From Armatimonadia bacterium (lineage in GTDB: Bacteria > Armatimonadota > Zipacnadia > Zipacnadales > JABUFB01), in NCBI GenBank assembly GCA_039679385.1, contig JBDKVB010000089.1:1-37181 (forward strand): a DNA stretch of 37,181 bases, read 5' to 3'. Positions within the stretch are counted from its first letter, which is position 1. Every line of letters begins with the position of its first letter. The translations under genes and the position numbers were made by a program. Below the pieces are notes generated by a model. That model worked only from the letters and a program-made list of their open reading frames with translations, was not told where the DNA came from and did no database searches. Below are positions 26,407 to 35,559 of this stretch, in pieces.

Positions 26407-27672
26407 TCAGGCAGTCTTTTGCTCGCTCTTCTTGCTGCGCTCGAGCTGGGGACGCGCCTTCTCCGTCACGCACTCTTTGGTGATCGTGCACTTCACCACG
26501 TCGCGGTCTGAGGGGACCGTGTACATGACGTCGAGCATGGCTTCCTCGATGATGCTGCGCAGGGCACGGGCGCCGGTGTGGCGTTCCAGGGCCTCGTGAG
26601 CAATCGCATCGAGGGCCTCCGGCGTGAAGACGAGCTCGACGCCGTCCATCAGCCGCATCGTCTTCTGGTACTGGCGCACCAGGGCGTTGCGCGGCTCGGT
26701 GAGCACACGACGCAGGATCGTCTCGTCCAAGGAGTGGAGCGTGACGACCACAGGGAGACGTCCGATGAACTCCGGGATCAAGCCGAAGGAGATCAGGTCC
26801 TGCGGCATGACCTGGGTCAGGAGTTCGTCGTCCTCGACCTTGGCTGTCGGCGCGGGAGCGCCAAAGCCGATCGCGCGGTTGTGGGTGCGACGCCGGATGA
26901 CATCGGTGAGGCCGTTGAACACTCCGCCGCAGATGAACAGGATGTTGCGAGTGTTGATCTGGATGTATTCCTGCTGCGGGTGCTTTCGGCCGCCCTGCGG
27001 AGGAACGTTGGCGGTCGTGCCCTCCAGGATCTTCAAGAGCGCCTGCTGCACTCCCTCGCCTGACACGTCGCGGGTGATGGAGGGGTTGTCAGCCTTCGCG
27101 GTGATCTTGTCGATCTCGTCAATGTAGATGATCCCACGCTCGGCCCGCTCAACATCGTGGTCGGCGGCAATGAGGAGCTGCAGCAGGATGTTCTCGACGT
27201 CCTCGCCTACGTAGCCCGCCTCCGTAACAGAGGTGGCGTCGGCGATGGTGAAGGGGACGTCCAGCATGCGCGCCAGAGTCTGGGCGAGCAGGGTTTTGCC
27301 CGAGCCCGTCGGCCCCAGCAGGAGGACATTGGTCTTGTCGAGCTCGACATCGTCCTCTTCAGAATTCTGGAGGCTGGTGCGCTTGTAGTGATTGTAGACG
27401 GCCACGGACAGAACCCGCTTGGCGTGCTCCTGGCCGATCACGTACTGATCGAGGTATTCCTTGATCGCGCGCGGGACGGGGACAGCGCCCTGCGTGAGGC
27501 TCTCGCGAGCCGTCTGCTGGCTGCTGTTGCGGATGATCTGGTTGCACAGCCCGACGCAGTCGAAACAGATGTACACGCCGGGGCCGGTGATCAGCTTGGT
27601 CGTCGCGGACTTCTCGTGCCCGCAAAAGCTGCAACGCATTCGGCGGTCATGCCGGTCGCCTGCTGCGTCCAT
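26407..27672 (-). CDS. clpX: ATP-dependent Clp protease ATP-binding subunit ClpX.
   Basis: Zinc-finger CSFCG...C..C, Walker A GPTGSGKT. 421 aa. AGGAGAA RBS upstream of the ATG at 27672. Confidence 0.95.
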   Translation of the reverse strand: MDAAGDRHDRRMRCSFCGHEKSATTKLITGPGVYICFDCVGLCNQIIRNSSQQTARESLTQGAVPVPRAIKEYLDQYVIGQEHAKRVLSVAVYNHYKRTSLQNSEEDDVELDKTNVLLLGPTGSGKTLLAQTLARMLDVPFTIADATSVTEAGYVGEDVENILLQLLIAADHDVERAERGIIYIDEIDKITAKADNPSITRDVSGEGVQQALLKILEGTTANVPPQGGRKHPQQEYIQINTRNILFICGGVFNGLTDVIRRRTHNRAIGFGAPAPTAKVEDDELLTQVMPQDLISFGLIPEFIGRLPVVVTLHSLDETILRRVLTEPRNALVRQYQKTMRLMDGVELVFTPEALDAIAHEALERHTGARALRSIIEEAMLDVMYTVPSDRDVVKCTITKECVTEKARPQLERSKKSEQKTA

Positions 27673-27791
27673 TATGCGATCTTCTCCTGTGTGCGAGGGG
27701 AGCTGCGGTGTTGAGCTTTGCGAGCGTGCAACCGACGGTTCCTACGCCCGTCCTCCACCACGCCGCGCCTACCTCTTACGAGCGCTGCGCA

Positions 27792-28391
27792 CTACTCGTC
27801 TGTCATCTGTGGCTGCTTCTGCGCGACCTGGTCGACGATGCCGTACTCCACCGCCTCAAGGGCGGTCATGTACTTGTCGCGGTCGGTGTCCTTCTCGATG
27901 CGCGAGAGTGGCTGGTTGGTGTGTCGCGCAAGGATCTCATTGAGCCACTTGCGGACACGAAGGATCTCTTCGGCCTGAATCTGAATGTCGGCCGCCTGGC
28001 CCTGAACGCCGCCCCAGGGCTGATGGATCAGAACGCGCGAATAGGGCAGCGCATAACGGTGTCCGGGGTCGCCGGCTGCCAGCAGCACAGCCGCCATGCT
28101 CGCTGCCTGCCCGATGCACCACGTGTGCACCGGCGGCGCGATGAACTCCATGGTGTCATAGATGGCCAGACCGGCGGTGATCGACCCGCCCGGGGAGTTG
28201 ATGTACACCGAGATCGGCTCGGTCGGGTCGTCGCCCTGCAGGTACAGCATCTGCGCGACGATGAGGCTGGCTACGTCGTCATCAATGGCTGTGCCAATGA
28301 GGATAATGCGCTCACGCAGCAGCCGGGAGTAGATATCGTAGGTGCGCTCGCCGCGCGGCGTCTGCTCAACGACGGTCGGGTAGTAAAGCAT
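27792..28391 (-). CDS. clpP: ATP-dependent Clp protease proteolytic subunit ClpP.
   Basis: [25 protein letters not shown]... with catalytic Ser/His context ([11 protein letters not shown]). Start taken at the internal ATG at 28391; the ORF track starts 13 codons upstream. Confidence 0.9.
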   Translation of the reverse strand: MLYYPTVVEQTPRGERTYDIYSRLLRERIILIGTAIDDDVASLIVAQMLYLQGDDPTEPISVYINSPGGSITAGLAIYDTMEFIAPPVHTWCIGQAASMAAVLLAAGDPGHRYALPYSRVLIHQPWGGVQGQAADIQIQAEEILRVRKWLNEILARHTNQPLSRIEKDTDRDKYMTALEAVEYGIVDQVAQKQPQMTDE

Positions 28392-28589
28392 GGGGCGTAC
28401 CCCCCTATTCGCATCACCCGTCCCCAGCACGCGTCGTCGACGGTGCGAACGGGCTGTCGTAGTCTATGCGTACCGCGAGTCTGTACAGACGAAGGGCTCC
28501 GCAACCTTCCGGCCTAGGCGTCAGCCCCGGTCCGGATGCCAGGTCTCGCCCGCTGCCTCAACCTGACTGTCTTGGCAAAGGCTTGTGGC

Positions 28590-30038
28590 CTACTGCTCGC
28601 CCTCCGCCTCGGCCGGCTTCTCGGCCTCTGCGGGCGTCTCTTCAGCGGCTTCCTCTGCTGCCGGTTCCGCCGCGACAACTTCCTCAGGAAGGGTCAGCAG
28701 CTCTTCACGCTTGCTACGATACTCCTCAACGGTGACGTCCTGCAAGTCCGCTTTGGCGATGATTGCGTCGAAGATGCGGCGTCGTTGCATGCGCGTTGCA
28801 AGCTGATTGCGGAAGCTCTCCTGAAGCGTGGCAGCCTGCTTCACGAAGTTCGGATCGAGGTTCTCTTCCTCGCCGTAGACTTCGGCCTCTGCGGCGATGT
28901 CGTCGTCGCTCAGCTCCTCGGCGGCGAGGTCCTTGGACAGCTCGCCGAGGATCGCCTGCACCTTGAGAAGTCGCGTCGCACGGCGTATCTGCCTGTCTAC
29001 GAAGGTCTCCTCATCAACGCCGGTCATGTCCTGGAAGTCCTGCAAGGCCATGCCCATTTCCTTGAGCTCGGCCTCCAGCGACTCCGTCTCGTGGGCGGCG
29101 GTGTGCGCCACGAGGACCTCCGGCAGCTCAACCTGGCAGCGATCGAGCAGGCCCCTGACAACCTGGTTCTCGACTTCCTCGCGTGCGTAGCGAGCGCGCT
29201 GACGGTCGAGCTGGCGCTTCACTTCGGCCTTGAGGTCGTCCAGGGTCTTGAACTTCTCCGCATCAACCTTCTGGGCGAGGGCGTCATCAAGGTCGGGGAG
29301 CTTGCGCTCCTTAAACTCCTTGACGGTCGCACGGATGGAGGCCTTCTTGCCGGCAAGGGCCTCGTCGTGGTAGTCCTCAGGGTAGGTGACCTCCATCTCG
29401 GCCGTGTCGCCGACATGCAGGCCCAGGAGCTTGTCATCAATCGGCGGGAAGTGCTCGCCCTGGCCGACAACGATAGACTGGTCGACCTCGTCGGCCGCCT
29501 TGTCCTCGCCCTCGAGCGTGACGCCCAGAGACAGGTCGACTTTGTCCCCGGTCTCGATGGTGTCGCGCTCGGGCGCGGTCTCTTCGGCATGGGTGTCTCG
29601 CAGCTCGTTGAGCGTGCGCTCGATGTCCTCGCCGGTTGCCTCTGCGGAGGGCTGCAGCAGGCTCATGCCTTCGAGGTCACCCATCTTGACGCGCGGGCCG
29701 ACGGTGGCGTTGAAGGTAATCTCGTAGGGCTGGCCCTCGGAGGGCGGATTCTCGTCGGGTTCCGGCAGCTCGGGCTGGCCGATCACGTCCAGAGGTTCCA
29801 GCGCCTTCTCCAGTTCCTCACTGATGAGCTCGCCCCACACCGACCGGCGCACGGAATCTTCGCCGAAGTGGCGGATGAGCAGTGCCCGCGGTACCCGGCC
29901 GGGACGGAAGCCCGGAACCCGGCCACGGGTGTTCAGGTCCTTGTAGACTCGGGCGAAGGCGCCGTCGACCTCCGCGGCTTCAAAGGACATGGCGACACTG
30001 ATCTTGCAGCCTGGCAGCTCTTGGATCTGGACGTTCAC
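28590..30038 (-). CDS. tig: Trigger factor.
   Basis: GTG start at 30038 with a GGGAGAG RBS. 482 aa with ribosome-binding N-domain, PPIase-like middle and C-terminal domains. Classic tig-clpP-clpX-lon order. Confidence 0.9.
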   Translation of the reverse strand: MNVQIQELPGCKISVAMSFEAAEVDGAFARVYKDLNTRGRVPGFRPGRVPRALLIRHFGEDSVRRSVWGELISEELEKALEPLDVIGQPELPEPDENPPSEGQPYEITFNATVGPRVKMGDLEGMSLLQPSAEATGEDIERTLNELRDTHAEETAPERDTIETGDKVDLSLGVTLEGEDKAADEVDQSIVVGQGEHFPPIDDKLLGLHVGDTAEMEVTYPEDYHDEALAGKKASIRATVKEFKERKLPDLDDALAQKVDAEKFKTLDDLKAEVKRQLDRQRARYAREEVENQVVRGLLDRCQVELPEVLVAHTAAHETESLEAELKEMGMALQDFQDMTGVDEETFVDRQIRRATRLLKVQAILGELSKDLAAEELSDDDIAAEAEVYGEEENLDPNFVKQAATLQESFRNQLATRMQRRRIFDAIIAKADLQDVTVEEYRSKREELLTLPEEVVAAEPAAEEAAEETPAEAEKPAEAEGEQ

Positions 30039-30286
30039 GGGTATCTCTCCCAGTACAAGGGTCGGAGGTGGGGATCATACGACTGGAGTTCGTGTGAGGG
30101 GGCAGGCCTCGGCCGCGACGTACCCGCACCGATCCCATCACCGCACACAACAAGCGCCGCCCGCACATGTCGGACGACGCCCTGTATCTGCGCACTTGCT
30201 AGTCCCAGATGAGCACAAGACTTTGCCTACGCGGCAGCGGGGAAAGCGACCCGACACAAGCCACCCACCCGCCTCTGGTCAGTGCT

Positions 30287-30370
30287 TGGTGGGCGCGGGG
30301 AGATTTGAACTCCCACGGGTTTCCCCACATGATCCTAAGTCATGCATGTCTGCCATTCCATCACGCGCCC
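30287..30370 (-). tRNA. tRNA-Leu (anticodon TAG).
   Basis: Reverse complement GGGCGCGTGATGGAATGGCAGACATGCATGACTTAGGATCATGTGGGGAAACCCGTGGGAGTTCAAATCTCCCCGCGCCCACCA. Anticodon stem CATGA/TCATG, loop CTTAGGA, long variable arm. Confidence 0.88.
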
Positions 30371-30475
30371 ACAGGACGGGCCGGCAAGTACATTCCGGGG
30401 TGTCCGGCGCCCCAGGGCTGCGAAACCGATGCCCTACCCGCCGAACAGTGACCGGAGAGACAACTCAGAAGAAAG

Positions 30476-30551
30476 TGGTGGGTCGTGCAGGATTCGAACC
30501 TGCGACCTTGGGATTAAGAGTCCCCTGCTCTACCAGCTAAGCTAACGACCC
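30476..30551 (-). tRNA. tRNA-Lys (anticodon CTT).
   Basis: Reverse complement GGGTCGTTAGCTTAGCTGGTAGAGCAGGGGACTCTTAATCCCAAGGTCGCAGGTTCGAATCCTGCACGACCCACCA, nearly identical in acceptor and T-arm to E. coli tRNA-Lys. Confidence 0.88.
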
Positions 30552-30655
30552 ACTTCAATACGACCAACGGCTCGTGGCACCGGATGGACATACTGCGTGG
30601 CGGGAAGGAACAATACAAGATCGGGGAACCGCTGTCAATGCCCCTTCGTCGGGAA

Positions 30656-30733
30656 TGGCGCGCCCGGAGGGATTCGAACCCCCGACCCACGGATCCGAAG
30701 TCCGTTGCTCTTAATCCACTGAGCTACGGGCGC
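30656..30733 (-). tRNA. tRNA-Arg (anticodon TCG).
   Basis: Reverse complement GCGCCCGTAGCTCAGTGGATTAAGAGCAACGGACTTCGGATCCGTGGGTCGGGGGTTCGAATCCCTCCGGGCGCGCCA. Anticodon stem ACGGA/TCCGT, loop CTTCGGA. Confidence 0.85.
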
Positions 30734-30778
30734 ACACCGGCGCCGTCAGTGACGGCTTGGAGGATATCAAGGTTGCCT

Positions 30779-30855
30779 TGGGGTGGGCGATGGGACTTGA
30801 ACCCACAACCGCCGGAGCCACAGTCCGGAGCTCTGCCAATTGAGCTACACCCACC
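30779..30855 (-). tRNA. tRNA-His (anticodon GTG) with encoded G-1.
   Basis: Reverse complement G-GTGGGTGTAGCTCAATTGGCAGAGCTCCGGACTGTGGCTCCGGCGGTTGTGGGTTCAAGTCCCATCGCCCACCCCA. Extra 5' G pairs with discriminator C73, the His hallmark. Confidence 0.88.
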
Positions 30856-30901
30856 ATACCCAAATCCCGCGGGCAGTGCACGGTTCCCGCGCGACCCGCG
30901 T

Positions 30902-30930
30902 ACTATAGCACTTCGATCGGCCGACGTCTA
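30902..30930 (-). promoter_or_regulatory. Possible internal promoter within the tRNA operon, upstream of tRNA-His.
   Basis: Minus strand: TAGACG, 17-nt spacer, TATAGT, in the 119-nt spacer between tRNA-Arg(TCT) and tRNA-His. Followed by a GC hairpin cgcggg...cccgcg. Confidence 0.3.
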
Positions 30931-30974
30931 CCCTACTTCGGCCTTTTCTGGGGCCCAATCCTGCACTCAACAAA

Positions 30975-31050
<76 letters not shown>

Positions 31051-31094
31051 GTCTCCAACAGCCGCGCACCCTTTGTTCGCAGGCCTGAGCAGGA

Positions 31095-31170
31095 TGGAGC
31101 GGGCGACGAGGCTCGAACTCGCGACATTCAGCTTGGAAGGCTGACGCTCTACCAACTGAGCTACGCCCGC
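31095..31170 (-). tRNA. tRNA-Gly (anticodon TCC).
   Basis: Reverse complement GCGGGCGTAGCTCAGTTGGTAGAGCGTCAGCCTTCCAAGCTGAATGTCGCGAGTTCGAGCCTCGTCGCCCGCTCCA. Discriminator U. Confidence 0.88.
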
Positions 31171-31223
31171 CCGGCCACAACTTGACTGCACCCACCGTCG
31201 CCACCGACCGGGGCCTTTGCGAC

Positions 31224-31301
31224 TGGTCGGGGCGGCCGGATTTGAACCGGCGACCTCCTGGTCCCAAACCAGGCGCGCTAGCCAAACTGCGCCACGCCCC
31301 G
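31224..31301 (-). tRNA. tRNA-Pro (anticodon TGG).
   Basis: Reverse complement CGGGGCGTGGCGCAGTTTGGCTAGCGCGCCTGGTTTGGGACCAGGAGGTCGCCGGTTCAAATCCGGCCGCCCCGACCA. Confidence 0.88.
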
Positions 31302-31325
31302 AGACGGTTCAGCCACGGCGGCGTC

Positions 31326-31354
31326 AGTATAACTGAGCCCGCGCCTGCCGTCAA
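31326..31354 (-). promoter_or_regulatory. Sigma70-type promoter of the seven-tRNA operon.
   Basis: Minus strand: TTGACG, 17-nt spacer, TATACT, about 25 nt upstream of the tRNA-Pro 5' end. Confidence 0.6.
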
Positions 31355-31546
31355 GCATGGGAAAAGCCCGATTCCCAGGGGCCCTGCATCCCCTGGCGAA
31401 CCGCGCGGTCTCGCCTCGCGACAACACGTGAACCCGACCGGGGGACCACTCGCGGCAGTCGATTGCTGCAACCACCCCGCACGTCAGCCTGCCCGCCGCC
31501 GGCGTTCCCCCGGCGATTTCAGACCGTCGTCCGGCACTCCGCGAGT

Positions 31547-31774
31547 CTAGCGTTCGTCCGCCCTTGGCGCATCCTTGGTGACGCGAACGTTCGCTGCACG
31601 CGGACCCTTTGCATCCGACACGATATCGAACTCGACCTCGGCTCCCTCGGCAAGCGAGCGATAGCCATCCCCGGCAATCCCACTGTAGTGTACGAAGACA
31701 TCTTCCCCGCCAGTGTTCTCGATGAACCCGTAACCCTTGGAGTCATTGAACCACTTCACGCGGCCTGTTGCCAT
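31547..31774 (-). CDS. cspA: Cold-shock protein (CspA family).
   Basis: Internal ATG at 31774 gives [33 protein letters not shown]... (75 aa) with RNP1/RNP2 motifs. The upstream part of the track ORF is 5'UTR. Confidence 0.9.
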   Translation of the reverse strand: MATGRVKWFNDSKGYGFIENTGGEDVFVHYSGIAGDGYRSLAEGAEVEFDIVSDAKGPRAANVRVTKDAPRADER

Positions 31775-31917
31775 GCGTCGTGTCCTCCTGCGGTGAGACT
31801 GCCAGAAATGCACTACCGACTTGCCTCGTGCCGGGAAACCACCGAACGGAGACACAGAAACCGAGAACGAACGACCCACCCTGCCCTGCCGCCGCGCCCT
31901 CGGTCGGTAGTAACGTC

Positions 31918-31947
31918 AGTATATCCGTCCTGTCACATCCGTGTCAA
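31918..31947 (-). promoter_or_regulatory. Candidate csp promoter, giving a ~135-nt 5'UTR.
   Basis: Minus strand: TTGACA, 18-nt spacer, TATACT. Confidence 0.45.
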
Positions 31948-32045
31948 GCAAGCACCCAATCGCGAAGGGCATCAGAGCTTACCGATCGGATGTTCCACAA
32001 GACGGCATAACCCTCAAGGGGCGTCTGAACTCCTGCATATGACGC

Positions 32046-32072
32046 GACGGCCGGGATACCTCCCCGGCCGTC
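32046..32072 (-). terminator. GC-rich hairpin downstream of the 836-aa gene; putative terminator without a U-tract.
   Basis: Perfect 10-bp stem gacggccggg / cccggccgtc with a 7-nt loop. Confidence 0.35.
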
Positions 32073-32104
32073 GCGGTCACGAACACAGAGGGTCTCGATG
32101 GAGC

Positions 32105-34615
32105 CTAGAACTTCACATCTTCGGCAGGCCGGAAGCCCAATGCGAGCAGCTTCGCAGCGGTAGTCTCGACAATCGTGCCGCGTTGGTTGACCAGCAGCGG
32201 AGAGTTGGGCAGGTAGAACGTCCCGGTCTCTTCCACCACGACATAGCGCTGGACTGTCTGGCGAGTGTCCTGGCGAGCCGCCGGTACCACGCCGGCTATC
32301 CCACCGGCCGGTACAGCGGTTAGCGTCGTCTTGGCGCTTGGGCGATCGCTCCCGAAGTCCTCGACGATGTTGATGACGACCTGCGCGACTACGTCGCACA
32401 TCGCCTTCTCACCGGCATCCTCAGCAGTTGCACCAGCCGCCGGCACACCACCGGCTGCGGCTCCTAGCATACCACCGGGGGCACCCGGCACCCCACTTGC
32501 TTCACCCGGGGCGCCGGCGGATCCCTCCATGCCAGGCATGGCGCCTTCGGCTCCGGGAGCTGCAGCACCACCGCCGCCACCAGCGGGCGCATCAAAGAGA
32601 CCGCGGTTCTTCACGACGGTCCATCCGGGTCGTGCACCGGCTCCAGCTCCCGCACCGGCAGCACCAACGGCACCTTCCATACCCGGCGCGCCGCCAAGCG
32701 TCATCTCGGCCCCAGGCTGGACCGCGGACGCACCCTCAGCGCCAGGAGCGGCGCCACCTGCGGCTGCCTGACCCTCAACCGTGGCGCCCGGAAGCCCGAG
32801 CGGTCCGGCCAGGGCCAGCAGACCGCTGAAGGCCTGCGGCTGGCGACGATAGGAGCGCGTATAAGCGAGGTTCGTGAAGCCTGCCCGGTTCAGCCACAAC
32901 TGATGCCGGTAGTGGTCCTCAATGCCGACCACATGGCCGGAGCGATAGGCGAAGTAGGTGACCCGCGTCAGATCGGTGCGCATGATCGGCACCTGGTCGG
33001 CGGCACCGCCGGCGGCCTGACCGATGCCGAACATCCGGGGGCTCAGGTCGGCGATCCACCAGCCGGTCTTGCGGTCACGGCGCCACTCGTCGGGGTTGGG
33101 GTAGTTGCGAAACCGGCTGACGATCCGGGCGCACTCGTAGCCCCGGTAGTACTCGAAGCCGTCCAGTACGTGCACGGCCGGAGCGCAGCCCGGGCCATAG
33201 CCCTCGTTGGTCGACTTCTCGTTCTTGCCGGTGTAGTAACGTCCGTAGAGGATGTCGTCGGTGTCAAAGGCCCAGTGGGCATAGCCGCCGCCGGCGTTCA
33301 CCAGCAGGGGCTCCTGACGACGACGCGAGTTGTTCACAGAGTCGAAGAAGGGGAGAATAGACATCGAGCCATACCAGGTGTCGCCGACCTTCACGGGTCG
33401 CGTCGGCAACTGGGTCCACATCTCGGCGAGACCCCAGCCGGGATCCTCGCGGCGCATCTTGCCCATCATCCCGTTGCCGAGCGTCACGGAGCGGAACTTG
33501 CGGCTCAGATCCGGGATGTTCACCGGCATCAGCCACTGGCCACGCAGACCGGCGCCCGTCGCGCCACCAACTCCAGCGCCCATGGCTGGTGCAGCACCGC
33601 CGGCTCCCGCGGCACCAGGTTCTCCGGGTACCCCTGACGGTGCGGCGCCTTCCATCCCCGGAGCGGCTGCACTAGGCTCTGCACTGCCCATGCCGGCTGC
33701 TCCCGCAGCTGCCGTCGGAGCGGCTGCGCTCGGGCCAGGAAGGTCAAGCAAGGTTGCCGAGGGGTTGCCCAGGTGCATCCCATTGCCCAGCCAGTCCAGA
33801 TACCGCTCAGGACTGGTGCCGCCCAGCAACTCCACATAGCCCGAGTCGATATGTTCGTCCTGCACCATGTAGCGGAGCTTGTCCCAGCGAGCCAGAACCG
33901 GGGTTTCGCCGGGGTCTGCCACGAGCTGGTCATAGAGCTGACCGTGCCAGCGGCGACCGTCGGCTGTCTCGGCGCCACCGTAGGGCTTGCGCACGTCCAC
34001 ACGCCACTCGGCACCCATTCGCATCATGACGCTGGGAGGCACTTCGGGAGTGTCGAGCTTGCTGAGCCACTCGTCAGTCAGGTGGGCGAAGAGGGAGCCA
34101 TCAGCCTTGTAGCTGAACTGCTGGCCGTTGCTGCTGCCGCCGCCGGCCTGCAGGAGGATGCCGCCGTTCAGCAGCGGAGGGTTCGCGACACTATTGCCGA
34201 CTCGAACCGTCGCTTCGGTGGCCTCGCCAAGAGCCTTCCCGTTCGCGTCGAAGGCCACGGCGGTGACGAGGTAGTCACCGTCGGGGTACTTGCGCGACCC
34301 ATTCATCGGGTCGTAGGCGTCCTGGCTATTCCAGTAGGTCTCCTGCGTGTTCCAGGTGTACTCAAAGGGGTACACGAGAGCAGTCACAAAGGGAGTCTCA
34401 TCGGCAGGAGCGTCCTGGCGGGAGATACGATAGGAGATGTACCCCTGCTCGTTCCCGTCGAGATGCTTCTTGTCGGCGCGGAGGACAACCTGAGCACGTA
34501 CGATGGTGTTGTCCAGGGGAGGGTTGAACTTTGGCCCGTCGCCAAACGCCGGAATGGACACGGCGACGGCGAGTAGGATGGTGGCTGCGGCAAGGCGAGC
34601 GACGGGTGTCGTCAT
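32105..34615 (-). CDS. Large secreted protein of unknown function with Ala/Gly/Pro-rich PGMEG-type low-complexity linkers.
   Basis: ATG at 34615 with an AGGGGG RBS. Signal peptide MTTPVARLAAATILLAVAVSIPAFG. Three globular regions separated by two AGP-rich segments carrying repeated APGMEGA / PGAEGA / MPGMEGSAGAPGE motifs. No recognisable catalytic motif. Confidence 0.7.
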   Translation of the reverse strand: MTTPVARLAAATILLAVAVSIPAFGDGPKFNPPLDNTIVRAQVVLRADKKHLDGNEQGYISYRISRQDAPADETPFVTALVYPFEYTWNTQETYWNSQDAYDPMNGSRKYPDGDYLVTAVAFDANGKALGEATEATVRVGNSVANPPLLNGGILLQAGGGSSNGQQFSYKADGSLFAHLTDEWLSKLDTPEVPPSVMMRMGAEWRVDVRKPYGGAETADGRRWHGQLYDQLVADPGETPVLARWDKLRYMVQDEHIDSGYVELLGGTSPERYLDWLGNGMHLGNPSATLLDLPGPSAAAPTAAAGAAGMGSAEPSAAAPGMEGAAPSGVPGEPGAAGAGGAAPAMGAGVGGATGAGLRGQWLMPVNIPDLSRKFRSVTLGNGMMGKMRREDPGWGLAEMWTQLPTRPVKVGDTWYGSMSILPFFDSVNNSRRRQEPLLVNAGGGYAHWAFDTDDILYGRYYTGKNEKSTNEGYGPGCAPAVHVLDGFEYYRGYECARIVSRFRNYPNPDEWRRDRKTGWWIADLSPRMFGIGQAAGGAADQVPIMRTDLTRVTYFAYRSGHVVGIEDHYRHQLWLNRAGFTNLAYTRSYRRQPQAFSGLLALAGPLGLPGATVEGQAAAGGAAPGAEGASAVQPGAEMTLGGAPGMEGAVGAAGAGAGAGARPGWTVVKNRGLFDAPAGGGGGAAAPGAEGAMPGMEGSAGAPGEASGVPGAPGGMLGAAAGGVPAAGATAEDAGEKAMCDVVAQVVINIVEDFGSDRPSAKTTLTAVPAGGIAGVVPAARQDTRQTVQRYVVVEETGTFYLPNSPLLVNQRGTIVETTAAKLLALGFRPAEDVKF

Positions 34616-34762
34616 CGTCTGGCCCCCTGCTGGGTAATGCGGAATGATGGTCTCTGGCTCGTCGCCCTTCGGACGGGCCCCGGTATCCTCTTGTCCGGCC
34701 GTCGGCAGAAACCAGACACCCGTTCCCCGAGAGGAGCTTCGGGCAACGGGTCGGACTCCTAC

Positions 34763-35284
34763 CTACTTCGGCTCAGGACCACTGTCAAACCCTGCCGCGG
34801 CGGCCTCCTCGGCAATCAGCGGTCGCAACTGACGCGCTGACGCGTCAAGGGCCTGCGGCACCACCCGCACATCCGCCACCGACGTCATGAAGTTGGTGTC
34901 GCCGGACCAACGGGGCACGATGTGCAGGTGTACGTGCTCATCAATCCCCGCGCCCGCGACCTTACCGATGTTCATCCCCAGGTTGACCCCGTGGGGATGC
35001 AGACAGCGCCCGATGGCCCGCATGCAGACCTGGGCCAACTGCATCATCTCGCACACCGTCTCCTGCCCCAACTGCGTGAAATCCCCGGTATGCTCGTACG
35101 GGACCACCATCAGGTGGCCACTGTTGTAGGGATAAGCGTTCAACAGTACATAACATGACTTGCCGCGGTACAGGACGTGCTCAGGCTCGTCTTTGTCCGC
35201 CTGGGCCTTCACACACAACACACAGCCCTCTACCGGCGGCCGAGTCACATAGTCAATGCGCCACGGCGCCCAAAGGTGATGCAA
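34763..35284 (-). CDS. HIT-family (histidine triad) protein.
   Basis: TTG start at 35284 gives M-HHLWAPWRIDYV... CVLC ... HVHLHIVPRW (H-phi-H-phi-H triad), 173 aa. GAAGGCGGA RBS 7 nt upstream. A strong promoter sits immediately upstream, so the track's start at 35554 is implausible. Confidence 0.72.
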   Translation of the reverse strand: MHHLWAPWRIDYVTRPPVEGCVLCVKAQADKDEPEHVLYRGKSCYVLLNAYPYNSGHLMVVPYEHTGDFTQLGQETVCEMMQLAQVCMRAIGRCLHPHGVNLGMNIGKVAGAGIDEHVHLHIVPRWSGDTNFMTSVADVRVVPQALDASARQLRPLIAEEAAAAGFDSGPEPK

Positions 35285-35317
35285 TTCAGTTCCGCCTTCG
35301 CTTAGTGTCCTGATGGC

Positions 35318-35346
35318 ATTATAGCCACCGCAAGAAGCGAAGTCAA
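35318..35346 (-). promoter_or_regulatory. Sigma70-type promoter for the HIT gene.
   Basis: Minus strand: TTGACT, 17-nt spacer, TATAAT. Predicted TSS about 26 nt upstream of the TTG start. Confidence 0.5.
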
Positions 35347-35559
35347 ACGGCGACGCGCCGACCCACAAGACCCTCGTGTGAGCCTTGCACGGGGTCCTTT
35401 CGCGGTCGCCCCAGCTCTCACCTCCCTGGTATGAGCAAGGCCCCAACTTCGCTCCTGCACGCAGTCGACAGGTATGCACGCCATGGGGCGCGAAGTAGCT
35501 GCGAGTCTGACATGTCGCCGGCCGGATTTGGCACAGCTTAGGCGAAGGAGGCAAGCGTC

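Noticed and set aside
28536-30212. 558-aa + strand ORF.
   Set aside because: Antisense of trigger factor. Leu/Gly-rich, with no domain signatures.
31472-31546. Possible csp terminator hairpin (ccagggg...cccctgg) with a short U-tract just before the tRNA-operon promoter.
   Set aside because: U-tract is short and interrupted and alternative foldings exist. Left as a note rather than a feature.
32903-33637. 244-aa + strand ORF, and several Ala/Pro-rich + ORFs between 32265 and 34600.
   Set aside because: Antisense or alternative frames of the 836-aa secreted protein gene. The real gene has a signal peptide, RBS and terminator hairpin.
35480-35545. Sigma54-like TGGCAC motif upstream of the beta-helix gene.
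   Set aside because: The -12 element (TAGGC) does not match TTGCW and the spacing is off.
35285-35554. N-terminal 90-aa extension of the HIT ORF (track start at 35554).
   Set aside because: Cys/Arg-rich and non-protein-like. It contains a TTGACT-17-TATAAT promoter and an RBS for the internal TTG start.
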